Shown here piece by piece: positions 37,330 to 48,520 of a stretch of 64,000 bases of DNA (position 1 is its first letter; every line of letters starts with the position of its first letter). A model generated the notes under the pieces. The model did not search any database. It was not told where the DNA came from and saw only the letters and a list, made by a program, of their open reading frames with translations. Source of the stretch: Felis catus (taxonomy: Eukaryota); NCBI RefSeq assembly GCF_018350175.1, contig NC_058368.1, forward strand, positions 155,994,001 through 156,058,000, read 5' to 3'. The translations under genes and the position numbers were made by a program.

Positions 37330-37720
37330 TCAAATGAATGCTTCTGCAATCTTGAACTATCTATAGTTTCCCAAAATCAAATGTAGGGTCATGACTTTTG
37401 CTTTTGTTCATGCTTTTCTCCCCTATGCCTTGAACACCTTTGCCTCTGTTTTCTACCTAAAGCCTACTGGTCAGCTTAGACTGAGTTCCAACCATCCTGC
37501 TTTTGGAACGCCTTTTCTGACTCCACAGACTGAGCTAGGTGTTCCTCTCTATCCAACAGCATTCCAAACATATCTCTAGTAACCATAATACTTGAAAGGA
37601 TTTGCCCCATTGTAAGTGATCTGAGGACAAAGAGTGTGTTTACCTCTTCTTTTATCCCCTTGCTTTGGCACAATGCTTGTCACTGTGGCCATTGAAGGAA
37701 TGGCTGTTGAACTAAACCAA
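37330..37720 (+). mobile_element. L2 LINE fragment
   Basis: cttttgttcatgct...tgaggacaaagagtgtgt...tggcacaatgcttgtcac. Confidence 0.55.
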
Positions 37721-38015
37721 AGTGCAGAATTGGACATTCCAGAAGAGGTATGAGGAAACGGGAGACGGCCAACATACCATAAGAGTTGATAATGTGCTAC
37801 GATTAAATCGATTAAATTGGGGTGTTTCATTTAAGCATTTACCCCATGTAACTTGCCTCTAAGCCTAATTATGTTCCTTCCTTCCCACTGCATACTTCTT
37901 CCCAATATCACATGCTAAAATCCTACCCACACTTCAAAGTCTCCAGCAAATTATCTGTTCTTATTTTCTTATTTTTCAACTGGATATTATTCATGTGACC
38001 CTGACCCATAAATTT

Positions 38016-38047
<32 letters not shown>
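38016..38047. repeat. (TTG)n microsatellite
   Basis: Read directly. Confidence 0.93.
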
Positions 38048-38319
38048 CTTATGATATTTACTTTATTCAGCTTTGGATTCCCATTATATATTTATATCCT
38101 ATCCATCTTTGTGCTCTTATACTGACTACCACTAAGCTTTATACATACTAAATACTCTGTAAATACTTTTTAATTTAATGCAGTTAACCTAAGGCAAAAA
38201 CAATTTGTAGTAATGATATATTGGTAACAGATTATAAATATTACCTTGCTAAGGTCATGAGCTATAAAGAAAAAAATGTTTTCTTTAAAAAAATCATAAG
38301 CTATGTGAATTTCTATTTT

Positions 38320-38905
38320 CACATGAATGTTCATGGCAGTTTATTTGTAAAAGTCAACAATTGAAAATAACCCCAGTGTCCACCAACAGATGAATGAAGA
38401 AACAATAAAGCAATAAGGGGGCATCTGGGTGGCTCAGGTCATGATCTCATGGTTCATGAGTCTGAGCCCTGCATCAGGCCCTGGGCTGATGTTGTGGAGC
38501 CTGATTGGGATTCTCTCTATTCCCCTCTCTCTTTGCCCCTCCTCTGCTCTATCCCTCTCCTGAAATAAATAAATCTTAAAAAAAAAAACTAAAGAAAAAA
38601 CCATAAAGCAATAAAAATGAACATGCAACAACATGGATAAATCTGAAAATAATTATGCTGAATAAAAACAGACAAAAGACTATTACTGTATGATTCAATT
38701 CATATAAAACTGGTTGCTTGGGAATAGGGAAGGGCTGAGTGGGAAGCATTATCAAGCGGGATGAGAAACTCTGAAGGATAATGGAAATGTTCATTATCTT
38801 GATTCTGGCGATGGGTTAAGTGTATACATATGTCAAAACTTACTAATTTGTACACTTTATCATATGTAATCATCAATTATATCTTAGTAAAGCTGTTTTT
38901 AAAAT
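38320..38905 (+). mobile_element. Old L1M 3' end interrupted by a CanSINE
   Basis: atgaatgttcatggcagtttatttgtaa...catggataaatctgaaaataattatgctga...tgtcaaaactta.taatttgtacacttta. Confidence 0.8.
38417..38597 (+). mobile_element. CanSINE with internal 5' deletion
   Basis: TSD aaacaataaagcaataa / aaaccataaagcaataa at 38400-38416 and 38598-38614. Confidence 0.9.
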
Positions 38906-38926
38906 TCCTCCTTTAAAATAATTTGT

Positions 38927-39166
38927 GGGGTGCCCGGGTGTCTCAGTCAGTTAAGTGTCTGCCTTCTACCTGGGTCATGATCTCACTCTTTGTGAGTTCG
39001 AGCCCCACATCTGGCTCTGTGCTGACAGTTCAGAGCCTGGGGCCTGTTCAGATTCTGTGTCTCCATCTGTCTCTGCCCCTCCCTTTCTCCCTCATGTGTG
39101 CTCTCTCTCTCTCTCTCTCCAAAGTAAATAAACATTAAAAAATTTTTTTAATAAGTAACAATAAAA
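38927..39166 (+). mobile_element. CanSINE (SINEC_Fc-like)
   Basis: Perfect TSD taaaataatttgt at 38914-38926 and 39167-39179. Confidence 0.94.
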
Positions 39167-40427
39167 TAAAATAATTTGTAGTAAATAATTTGATCTGGTT
39201 CTTTTATACATTTGCTGTACATGGTAAGCCAATTTAAGAAGATAAACTGCACTAAGTCTTAGAACTATTTTAACATGAGAATGAAAACTGTTAATACTAA
39301 TCTATTTTAAATGCTAAAGCAGATTCTTCTACCTGGCAACAAATATGTGTTAGGATGATCTACAATTCAGACTCCTCACTAACCATTCACCCATTTGAGT
39401 GAAGTTATACATGCCTCTTAGTTTTAATTATTTCACTAATTTTGTAATAAAAAAATAAATCCAGATTATTATAATTCTTATTCATTTTCTCTCTTCCAAG
39501 AGAATCATGTGTTAGGTTTTAATCCCAACAAGAGAGGGTGCTGATAATGCTTATTCTTCCAAAGAGTAGCAGATGTGACCCTGAGGGTCCCACCCTTTTA
39601 GCCCAAGGGGTAGAGCCTGCTAAAATTCCAAAAGGGGCTTGAATGAAGAGTGACTTCTCCACTTAGTTGGCCAGGACTGGGAATCTGCCCTCATCCCTGG
39701 CCTCCCCTAGGAACTGCCACATGAGAGACACTCCCATCCAATCCACCAGACATTTACTGACTATGAATAAATGGTATGCATTTCTATGTCCTCACAGATG
39801 CAGACTGTAAAGGTCCCACCAACATACCTGTAAGGATTATTTGTGTGAAATCAGTCATGGCCATTATATGTATCAAGGCCCTTAGCTATGTCTGAGGTGA
39901 GAGAGGCCAGATGAGGGAACATTCTAAGAGAAGGAGGTTCCTGAAGATTAGGGAGTAAGGCCCAGTGGACAAGGGAAGGGGAAAACATTATAGCTTCTGC
40001 CCGTTCTCTAGCCACCAACCAGTCCATCCTGTCACCAAGAGGTCAGAGCTCAGTTCCTTGGTTGCTAGAGCTTTTAAGATCTCAAGGAAAATCTAAGTAG
40101 CCCCTAAGGAATGAGACATCCACCTCCCTATTTTCTGGTAAATTCCTTCTATCACTGAAGGAACAAATACACAGTGTCTTTTCATTCCACTCAGTGTTTC
40201 ACTAAAGATAATGTTTCATTCAATATTTCAGTTAAGAAGGGGGAAAGAAAAGAGGAGAAGATTATATAATGGAAGGATGGAAGGGTGCTATACTTTTTTT
40301 TTTTTTGAGCAGGTGGGAACAGCCGTTTATTCTATGCATATGCCTTGGTACCACTTACTATTTTGAGTAACCAAGAAAACAACTATCTAGATGGTGGCAG
40401 GAGAGAAATATAGAAAAAAACAAGGTT

Positions 40428-40624
40428 GGGGTGCCTGGGTGGCTCAGGTGGTTGAGCATCTAACTCTTGATTTCGGCTTAGGCCATGATCCCAGGGTTGT
40501 GGGATCAAGCTCCACGTTGGGCTCTGTGCTTTGTGTGGAAGCTGCTTAAGATTCTCTCTCTCTCTCTCTGTCTCTGCCCCTCTCCCCTAATTATGCTCTC
40601 TCTGAAATAAAAGAATTTTTTTTT
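40428..40624 (+). mobile_element. CanSINE
   Basis: GGGGTGCCTGGGTGGCTCAGG head, (CT)n tract, AATAAA. Confidence 0.92.
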
Positions 40625-42699
40625 AAAATAGCAAGGATTTAAGTAGCAAGAATGTTATTGTCTAAATTGGAACATAATGTAGAAGATCACAGTGAAATGT
40701 GCCAAGAGACCATTTGTGACCACGGATTGTGCCACTATATGCTTACTTTGTAAAGATGCACTCTTGCATAATTAGCTCTCAACAGTTGTAAAAGCATGTC
40801 TTAATGCAGTAAGGCATCATTTTATTTACTTTTCTATATGATGCTCATATAAAAATAAGTCTGCTTTATTCAACCATACATCAGATACTTCTCATTTCTA
40901 AGTGTCAATATGTTTTGATTGGTAAACATCAAATATATGAAAACTAGATTTCGACCAAATAACACTCTATCTTTTGTCATTATAGTAGCTCCTAACTTTG
41001 AAAAGTTAATTTCACATTTCATTTTCACTATGTTACAATCCTGTGAGAGGGATGGTATTGGTAAAAATCACAGGTAAACCGACATATGATACTTGCTTAA
41101 GTCAGAGTGTTAGTCAGGGATTAGCTAGTTATCTGTGGTGCCATATCTGGGATATGTCTCCTGGGTTCCACATCTGTGCTGTATTCCATATCTGTGCTGT
41201 ATTGCCTGAGTTCACAAAGTAGCTTGAAAATGTACTTTGAGCGGACTCCACCCCTTCGTGGGCTCTCACATAGGTCCTGCTGATGGCCTTCATATAAACT
41301 GATCGCAATCGTAAACGGAACGTGTTACCTTTTCTCGTCAGTTTGCCACATGTCCTGTTCCACAATCCCTCGTCAGGAGACAAGTGCAACTTGCCATGCT
41401 GATCATTTGACATTTTTCAAAGGACACGAATATGTTAAACTCCATATACGGTGTACAAATATGCTAAGTCTATCTAAGGTCTCTGATCCAGAAAGTGTTC
41501 TGAAAAGAACAAGTGAAACTGTATTTTCTTCTTCTGGAAGCATTAAAGATGTCTTCTTTAATTATTACACTTAAGATTCTCTAACCAACAACATATGCTT
41601 GCTAATAATTTTTGTCTTGCAGGAATATGAATGTTTTCTAATGGGAGGCATTTAAAATGCCTTAGTTGAAGACTGATTCAAAGAAAAGCTCTTTTGGATT
41701 CATCTCAACATCTATCAGGTGGTATTATTTTTCCAATAATCTTTTACTTTATCCTTTGCTTTTGAAAGAGCTTATGTCCAACCTATAATTATTTTCTGCT
41801 AATTAGAGTAATTCATGGTTAATTATTCAAAATGATTCCTCTTCAAAATCAAATCCATTTCTTGTCATGACATTAAAAAAAAGTACAAATAAAATATTAG
41901 AATGCAAATTTCTGTCAGAAGGGAATGTTTTTTTTTTCTTTAAATAGCATAAAAATCTTTCTCTACCAGCAAAGGCTCCATGATTGCCTGCTTCAATTAA
42001 CGTGAATTAGAGAAGGGCAACTGAACCATGAAGTGATGACTGTCAATATTTTTGATAATTAGTAAAGACTGGTTATACTGACTATACTGGAGTAAGTGAT
42101 ATACTGTATCCTTAAAGAAGAGTTGCAAAGCAATAAGACTTAAAAGGGTAAGGACAAACAGTAAACATGTTAGCTTGGGACCCTGGATGTCTAAAGATGT
42201 ACTTTGAAGATGTATGCCTCTTTGTAGACTCTCATTTGGCTAAATCTTCCTTTCTTGGTATTGCCTTGGTCCTGCTTTCTCAAGAGGCAGCTCCTTCCCT
42301 CTGTTATCTCCTAGGGTGGCCCTACAATCATGCTTTGCCTGTATCTGGACCATTACCCCACTATGATCTCACTCTCCATTTTGGTTTAGTCTCATTATTG
42401 TATGAATCCCAACCATCTTTCCCAAGAGGGTAAGGTTCTCCTCTGCCTAAGTTTTTCTTAGGCAATAGCTTTCATATACATACACTATATTTAGTTACAT
42501 TTTTTCTTTTCTTTTTTTTACTTAGTCAAATTTTCTACATACATTGAGTACCTTCAGTGCACTAAGCCCTCAAGTTGTATAATTAAAATGAAGAAAGTTG
42601 AACATACCAACTGTGTAGGTCATGGACAGTTCTATTAGATTCAAACAAAGATAGTAAAGTTACAGAGGCATCAATGTAAGCATAAGATAAACAGATCTT

Positions 42700-42912
42700 G
42701 GGGTGCCTGGGTAGCTCAGTCGGTTGAGTGTCCACCTTTGGCTCAGGTCATGATCTCACGGGTAGTGAGTTTGAGCCCCACATTAGGCTCTGTGCTGACA
42801 GCTCAGAGCTTGGAGCCTACTTTGGATTCTGTGTCTCCCTCTCTTTCTGCTCCTTCCCCCCTCATGTTCTCTCTCTCTCTCAAAAATAAACGTTAAAAAT
42901 TTTTAAAAAAAA
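42700..42912 (+). mobile_element. CanSINE (SINEC_Fc-like)
   Basis: GGGGTGCCTGGGTAGCTCAGTCGG...caaaaataaacgttaaaa. Confidence 0.94.
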
Positions 42913-43219
42913 ATCTTTAGAAATGGCAGCTACTTCTGAGATGCAGAAGACAAGAAATTTATCTGGGAAGTGCTGAAATTGTGGCTAGAGGAAAGAGAAC
43001 TACTTGCACTTTGATGAGGACTGATTACCATCTTGTTCTTAATCTTCACTAAAACTTTGCAACTTATTTTATTTGCTTCCCCCTCACCACGGGAATACAG
43101 CTCAACTGTTATAATAAAAATTAACTTTACATAACTTTTCTTGAACGTACAGATTTTCATAACGGCTATGACAAAAACTAGGAAAACAAAACAATTAGAT
43201 GATAAGTGACCTTATATGT

Positions 43220-43520
43220 CTGTGATGACGGCAGTCATGCTTGCTAAATAGTCCGTGAGTCCCTTTTCAGTTCAGATGGAGCCATGTAACTAGTTCTGGC
43301 CTATGGACTATGAGCAGATTACCATGTGTCAGAGCATTTAACTGCCAATGGGAGGAGACCCTCCAGTGGACTCTTTCATCGCCATGGCAACAAAAGAGAC
43401 TATGTGCTGAGATGGTAGATTCAAAGATGTAAGAGGCCTGGGTTGCTCAGTCACCACATGGAGGAGGATGTTCTAGAGAGTTGCCTGAGTTCACAGTTAC
43501 TTTTGTTGACTTCAACATAC
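43220..43520 (+). mobile_element. MLT1 (H/I/J-like) MaLR LTR fragment
   Basis: gccatgtaactagttctggcc.atgga...gagcatttaactgcc...gagaccctccag...gtcaccacatggagg. Confidence 0.7.
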
Positions 43521-45204
43521 AAAAGCCAAAACATCAATCTGTGCTGTATGTGGCTCACAAGAGGGCCTCAACATATATCTTTATGCTGAATGAAATGGTT
43601 CCACAGAAGCACATTTCTCATCTAAATGCCAGAGTAAGTTTACACAGGCAGCATAGTGATGTGATCTCAAATGTCCATCACCATAAATGCAAAACTCCCT
43701 TTTTGTGTTTGCAGAAGTAATTCTTTATTTTCCATATTTGAAAGAAAGTATCAAAGACTGCATGCTGTTTGTTAAGAGGGCCTTTTCTTTTAAAAAGCTA
43801 TTCAAACAATTTTTACAAAACCATCTGTATTATTTTGTTTTTTCTTTAACTGCTGCTACATTTTACTTTCTTTTGCACATAATGAAAACAATCAATTGAC
43901 TTGTATTACTTTGTTTTCTATAGTTCATTGAACTATACAAGAAAGCAGAATGAAGGTAATAATAGAATTTTTTTTTTAATCTGGAAAACTGCTTTGCTAT
44001 TCAACTCTTTGAAACTGTTGCTAAATTTTGGTATTTTGGGTTTATGTGTCAAAAGTAGTTATACTATAATCATTCCGATCTGGATGAATGTTCAAAGCTC
44101 CGAAGAATTTTTATCGTGACATGATTTAAATAAAATATTAGAGACCAGCTAAATGTTTAATTGTAGATTATTCACATATTTGGAGCATCCACTTCATGAT
44201 GTATTTTGTAGCCATTTAACATGATAATGCAGAACGTCAGCTTTTAGACGGGATAACATTCATTTATCTGATTAAAAACAGGAAGAGTTACAGCCAAAGT
44301 GCTACAAGTGTATGTATCCATCATACTATTTTATCAAGACTACAGCCTGATTTTCAAAATTTGAGCACATCTTCTGAATTTTATGTAAGTGAACATGTGA
44401 GTTGCTTCATGGGAAAAAATAGAGAACCGTCATGAAAAGAATTCATGATACGATAGGTAATTAAGAGTCACTAAAGACAACGAAAATGATCTGCATCACC
44501 AACTCATGGCAGCTACGTAGAATTGCAGGTACCGGCCTCAGAAGGAACTTTAAGTGTCAGACAAATGGTCAAAGGAATTTAGCAGTAGGACTTTCTGCTA
44601 TGAAAGCAGAGACTTACGTAACTTGAGATACAGTTGTATTTCACATATACCTTTGCTAGGCTGTGTTTTCTTTCTCAAGTGTAGCTGCAGTTGTTGGGCA
44701 TGGAATTATTCTTCTTTTCTTTCTTTGTTACTTTAAGGAAATTAAGGTCAGCTGATGCATTTTAACTCTCCACATTTGAACCTGAAGCACAACACTTTCC
44801 ATTGAGGATTCTTGTGGAACTTCATTTTAGTTATGTTTTAATAAAGTCTTACTTGTATTGACTTCTGAGGTGGCGTGGCATTCCCTAACTCATCAATTAC
44901 TTGGGTTTATGGAGAGATTTTAATTTGATATGATAGATTCAACCACTGTTTTTCAGGTTTTATCTGCATGCCTGGAAGCCTTTTAATAACCTGCAATAAT
45001 AAACAAAATGAATTTGACTTCTAGGGTAGATATTCTTGTAATTGATGTTTTTACCAACTCAGGGTGTTCGTTTATTTTTCCAAAAAAATAAAGCACACTC
45101 TTTCCATCCTTGGGGAACAGAGTAATGGAATTGCAATACTAAAAAGTTGTGACAGATTCCATGGTTGCAATGAAAACAATTCATACAGATCTATTTCTTA
45201 TTTT

Positions 45205-45424
45205 TACTTTTTTTTAAGTTTATTTATTCATTTTGAGAGAGACAGAGAAAGTGTGAGCGGGGGAGGAGCAGAGAGAAAGGGAGACAGAGAGAATCCAAAG
45301 CAGGCTTCTCACATGGTCAATGTGCAGAGATGGACACAGGGCTCAAACTTATGAAACTGTGAGATCACCACCTGAACCGAAATCAGATGTTGGATGCTTA
45401 ACCGACTGAGCCACCCAGGCGCCC
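45205..45424 (-). mobile_element. CanSINE
   Basis: Perfect 17-bp TSD gatctatttcttatttt at 45188-45204 and 45426-45442. Confidence 0.95.
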
Positions 45425-46786
45425 TGATCTATTTCTTATTTTAGACATGATCCTTGCATAACTCAAAAAAAATTTTTTTTCCCATATCTTAAATTCATTC
45501 ACCTTTCTGTGTAGAGTAGTTAGGGATCAAGGTGTAATGATTTTTTTTTTTTTAAATATAGTAACAAGTAGTAGGTAAGGCTGGTATGGACTAAAAACCA
45601 GCATAGGAAATGACATTATTTTTACTTTCAAAATTGTATATTTCCAATACCGAAAAATGGGGTTTTGAACATAGACGTGATTTTGATAAATGACAGAATT
45701 CTGCCTAAGGCCACAGAAGAGACAAGAACAAGGAACATAAGAATAGGGAATTTACAAATTAGCATGTTATGATTATCCTCTTTCATAGCATTTAAGAACA
45801 GCTTTGAAAAGATCCAATGTCTTCAGCACTTTAAACTTATTTCTACTGTATCTAAGTAGCATGTACTATAACTCAAATTGACAAGGCTGCCTGAGAAATA
45901 TTGGCACAACTCTTGTATAGCGATGAGGCATTACTGAACAATATTTTTGGATGATAAACAGTAATGGAAATTTGAGATTGAAATGGCCTTTTCAAGGGAA
46001 TAGGTCACACCTACGAAAACACAAGATAGGTATTTAAGTTTGTCTCTCATTCCTGGATATTGAGCCTCTTCAAGTGTTTGTGCGTTAGTCAATTTGACAC
46101 CTCAAGGATCCCTAATTTTTATGAAGATGTCAGCATGCTGGTAACATTTTTTGAAAGATCTATTAAAAAAAAAAGTATCTTACTTGCCCCAAGACTGAAT
46201 ATAATTTTTCATGATACTTACAGGGCTGATGAAATATTGCATGGGTTGTGGAAGGAGGGGTTGCAGCCAGCAAAGGTGGTGAGCCATATGAGGATTTCAA
46301 TAATTTGCTGCAGTGATAATGCTCTGTCTCAGCTCTCAAGAAACCAAAGCAATAGCTACTATTTACTAGGCTGTACTAAGAACTTGAGGAAAGAAAATCA
46401 CTGAGGCTCACTTTCTTCATCTGTATATAAGGGCACTGTCTAGCTCGTAGGTTATTGTGAGAAAACGAATTCCACATATATACAAAAGCCATTCCAAGTT
46501 AAATATATGAAGTATTCAAGGTTGAAAATCCATAGGTGTACTTTAATTAACTGAAAACCATTGAAAAATCTTGCATGAGTCTTTAACCTGTAGATGTGCT
46601 CCTGGTGTGGTAAACTCACTAAAGGAAAAAAAAAAAAAAAAAAAAACAAAAAAACTGTACCATTAAGAACGGAGTCAGGGTTGAAAGAAACACTGCCTAA
46701 TACAGATGTCATCTATGTGATCAAAGACTCTGAAAGTTCCATACATTGCAAACATTCAGGACATTCCTATTGGAATGACCTGGCAT

Positions 46787-47290
46787 CACTTAAGGTGGGG
46801 TTATATCCCAATAAACCCATAAACCCATCTTAAGTGGAAAATATTGTAAATTGAAAATGCATTCAGTGCACCTAACCTACTGAACATCATAGCTTAGCCT
46901 AGCCTACCTTAAATGTGCTCAGAACACTTACATTAACCTACAGTTGGGCAAGATCATCTAACAGAAAGGCTATTTTGTAATAAAGGGTTGCATATCTCAT
47001 ATAATATATTGAGCAGTACACTCAAAGTCAAAAATAAAATGGCTGTGTGGGTTCAGAGCGGTTTTACACACTGTTTATTTACAAATTGTTTACCCTCATG
47101 GTCCCTGTCAGTGACTGGGAGCTGAGGCCCGCTGCCCAGCATCAGGAAGGAGTGTTGCACCCCATATATCACTATCTGGGGAAAAGATCAAAATTCCAAG
47201 CATGATTTCTACTACATGCATTTTGCTTTTGCGCCATCGTGAAAGCCAAAATATCATTAAGTAAAACTGTCATAAATTGGGGACTATCTG
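46787..47290 (+). mobile_element. MER47/Tigger5b-like TcMar-Tigger element
   Basis: cctaacctactgaacatcatagcttagcctagcctaccttaaatgtgctcagaacacttacatta matches the recalled MER47; right TIR ggggactatctg is followed by TA. Confidence 0.88.
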
Positions 47291-47855
47291 TATATAATCT
47301 CAGATGCTTCTGACCCATCACCAGCTGTTGCCACACTCGTTGACATTTTCTTATTGCCAATCTTTTGTGTATTTCTAAATTCAGGTTTCAATGGTCAAAT
47401 AATTACATGAGACTTGCAAATAACTAATATAGTTACTACTATAGTCACTCAGGGGAAAGAGTAGTTTGAGGTTTTTCTCTGATCCCATTTATGTTACTGT
47501 TTTCACTGTAGCAAAAAGTTTTAGGTAGGTCTGTAAAATTTTCCTGAGTGTTTCCAGTACTAAAATAAACTTCTGAGTAATTCATTTCTCTCTTGCCTGT
47601 ATACGTACAAATGTTGTATGATAAATAGTCTGAGAAGAGTCTTTTATCACTATTGGCCTTTTCCTCTGGAGGTTCTTTTCCTTCTAGTTTCTAAACTTGA
47701 GTACCTTGGATTCTCTTAGATTCTTGCTTTTGCATCCACATATTTATGTTCATCAGTCCAATTTATACTTCCTTTTCATTTTTTGACTCTTCTTTCCTAG
47801 TTTACTGCTAATTTCATTCATATATCCCTCCAGTAATCTTTCACACAAACTGTAT

Positions 47856-48089
47856 TTTATATTTTATTTTTTTTAGAGAAAGGGAATGTGTGACAGGGGT
47901 AGAAAAAGGGCAGAGAGAATGAGTGAGTGAGTGAGTGAGGCAGAGAGAGAGAGAGAGAGAGAGAGATCTTAAGCAGGCCCTATGCTCAGCACAGAGCCTA
48001 ATGTGGGGTTTGATCCCACAACCCTGGGATCGTGACCTGAGCTGAATTCACGAGTTGGACGCTTAACAGAATGAGCCACCCAGGCACCC
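47856..48089 (-). mobile_element. CanSINE with (GAGT)n/(GA)n tract
   Basis: TSD acacaaactgtat / acacaaactttat at 47843-47855 and 48092-48104. Confidence 0.93.
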
Positions 48090-48189
48090 ATACACAAACT
48101 TTATAAACTCATTTTCCATTGTACTACAACAAGCTAGACGGGTCTCCTCCTTCACCACATATTTGTTGACTTTGGGCAGGTGGTTGTAG

Positions 48190-48520
48190 GTGTATGGGTG
48201 GTTTTCTCTGGACAGAGGAGACCTTTCATTAGGGATGTCTGGCCTAAGACCTGAATCATGGGAAGGGGTCAGCTGTGAGGGGCTGCGATGGGCGTGCAAG
48301 CTTGATGTGTTTGAGGAAAAGAAGGCTAGCAAAAAAAGGACATGGGCAGTGAAAAGAGAGGCCCAAGGGTGGGAGGGTAGCCAGGTCACATGGAGGCTAC
48401 AGTTTTTTTAAGCATGCCGGAAATCATGGAGGGATTTTAAGCAGGGGGTATGACAGGATCTGAATTACTTTTTAAATGGTCACTCCGGTTGCTCACATAT
48501 GAATACTGTGGAGATAGAAT
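48190..48520 (-). mobile_element. L2 LINE fragment
   Basis: ctaagacctgaatcatg...gagggattttaagcaggggg.atgacaggatctga...tcactccggttgct. Confidence 0.7.

Noticed and set aside
41623..41718. Plus-strand exon with a good branch point and acceptor
   Set aside because: Weak donor (GTGGTA) and no recognisable coding frame; such sites occur by chance.
42444..42464. Hairpin TGCCTAAG-TTTTT-CTTAGGCA (similar ones near 20231, 23740 and 56223)
   Set aside because: Arms of 7-8 bp with variable spacers are expected by chance in 64 kb; bacterial terminator logic does not apply.
37101..42912. Five consecutive + strand CanSINEs as a repeat array or orientation bias
   Set aside because: Independent insertions with different TSDs; the overall count (about 10 plus, 7 minus) shows no real bias, and spacing is irregular, so it is not CRISPR-like.
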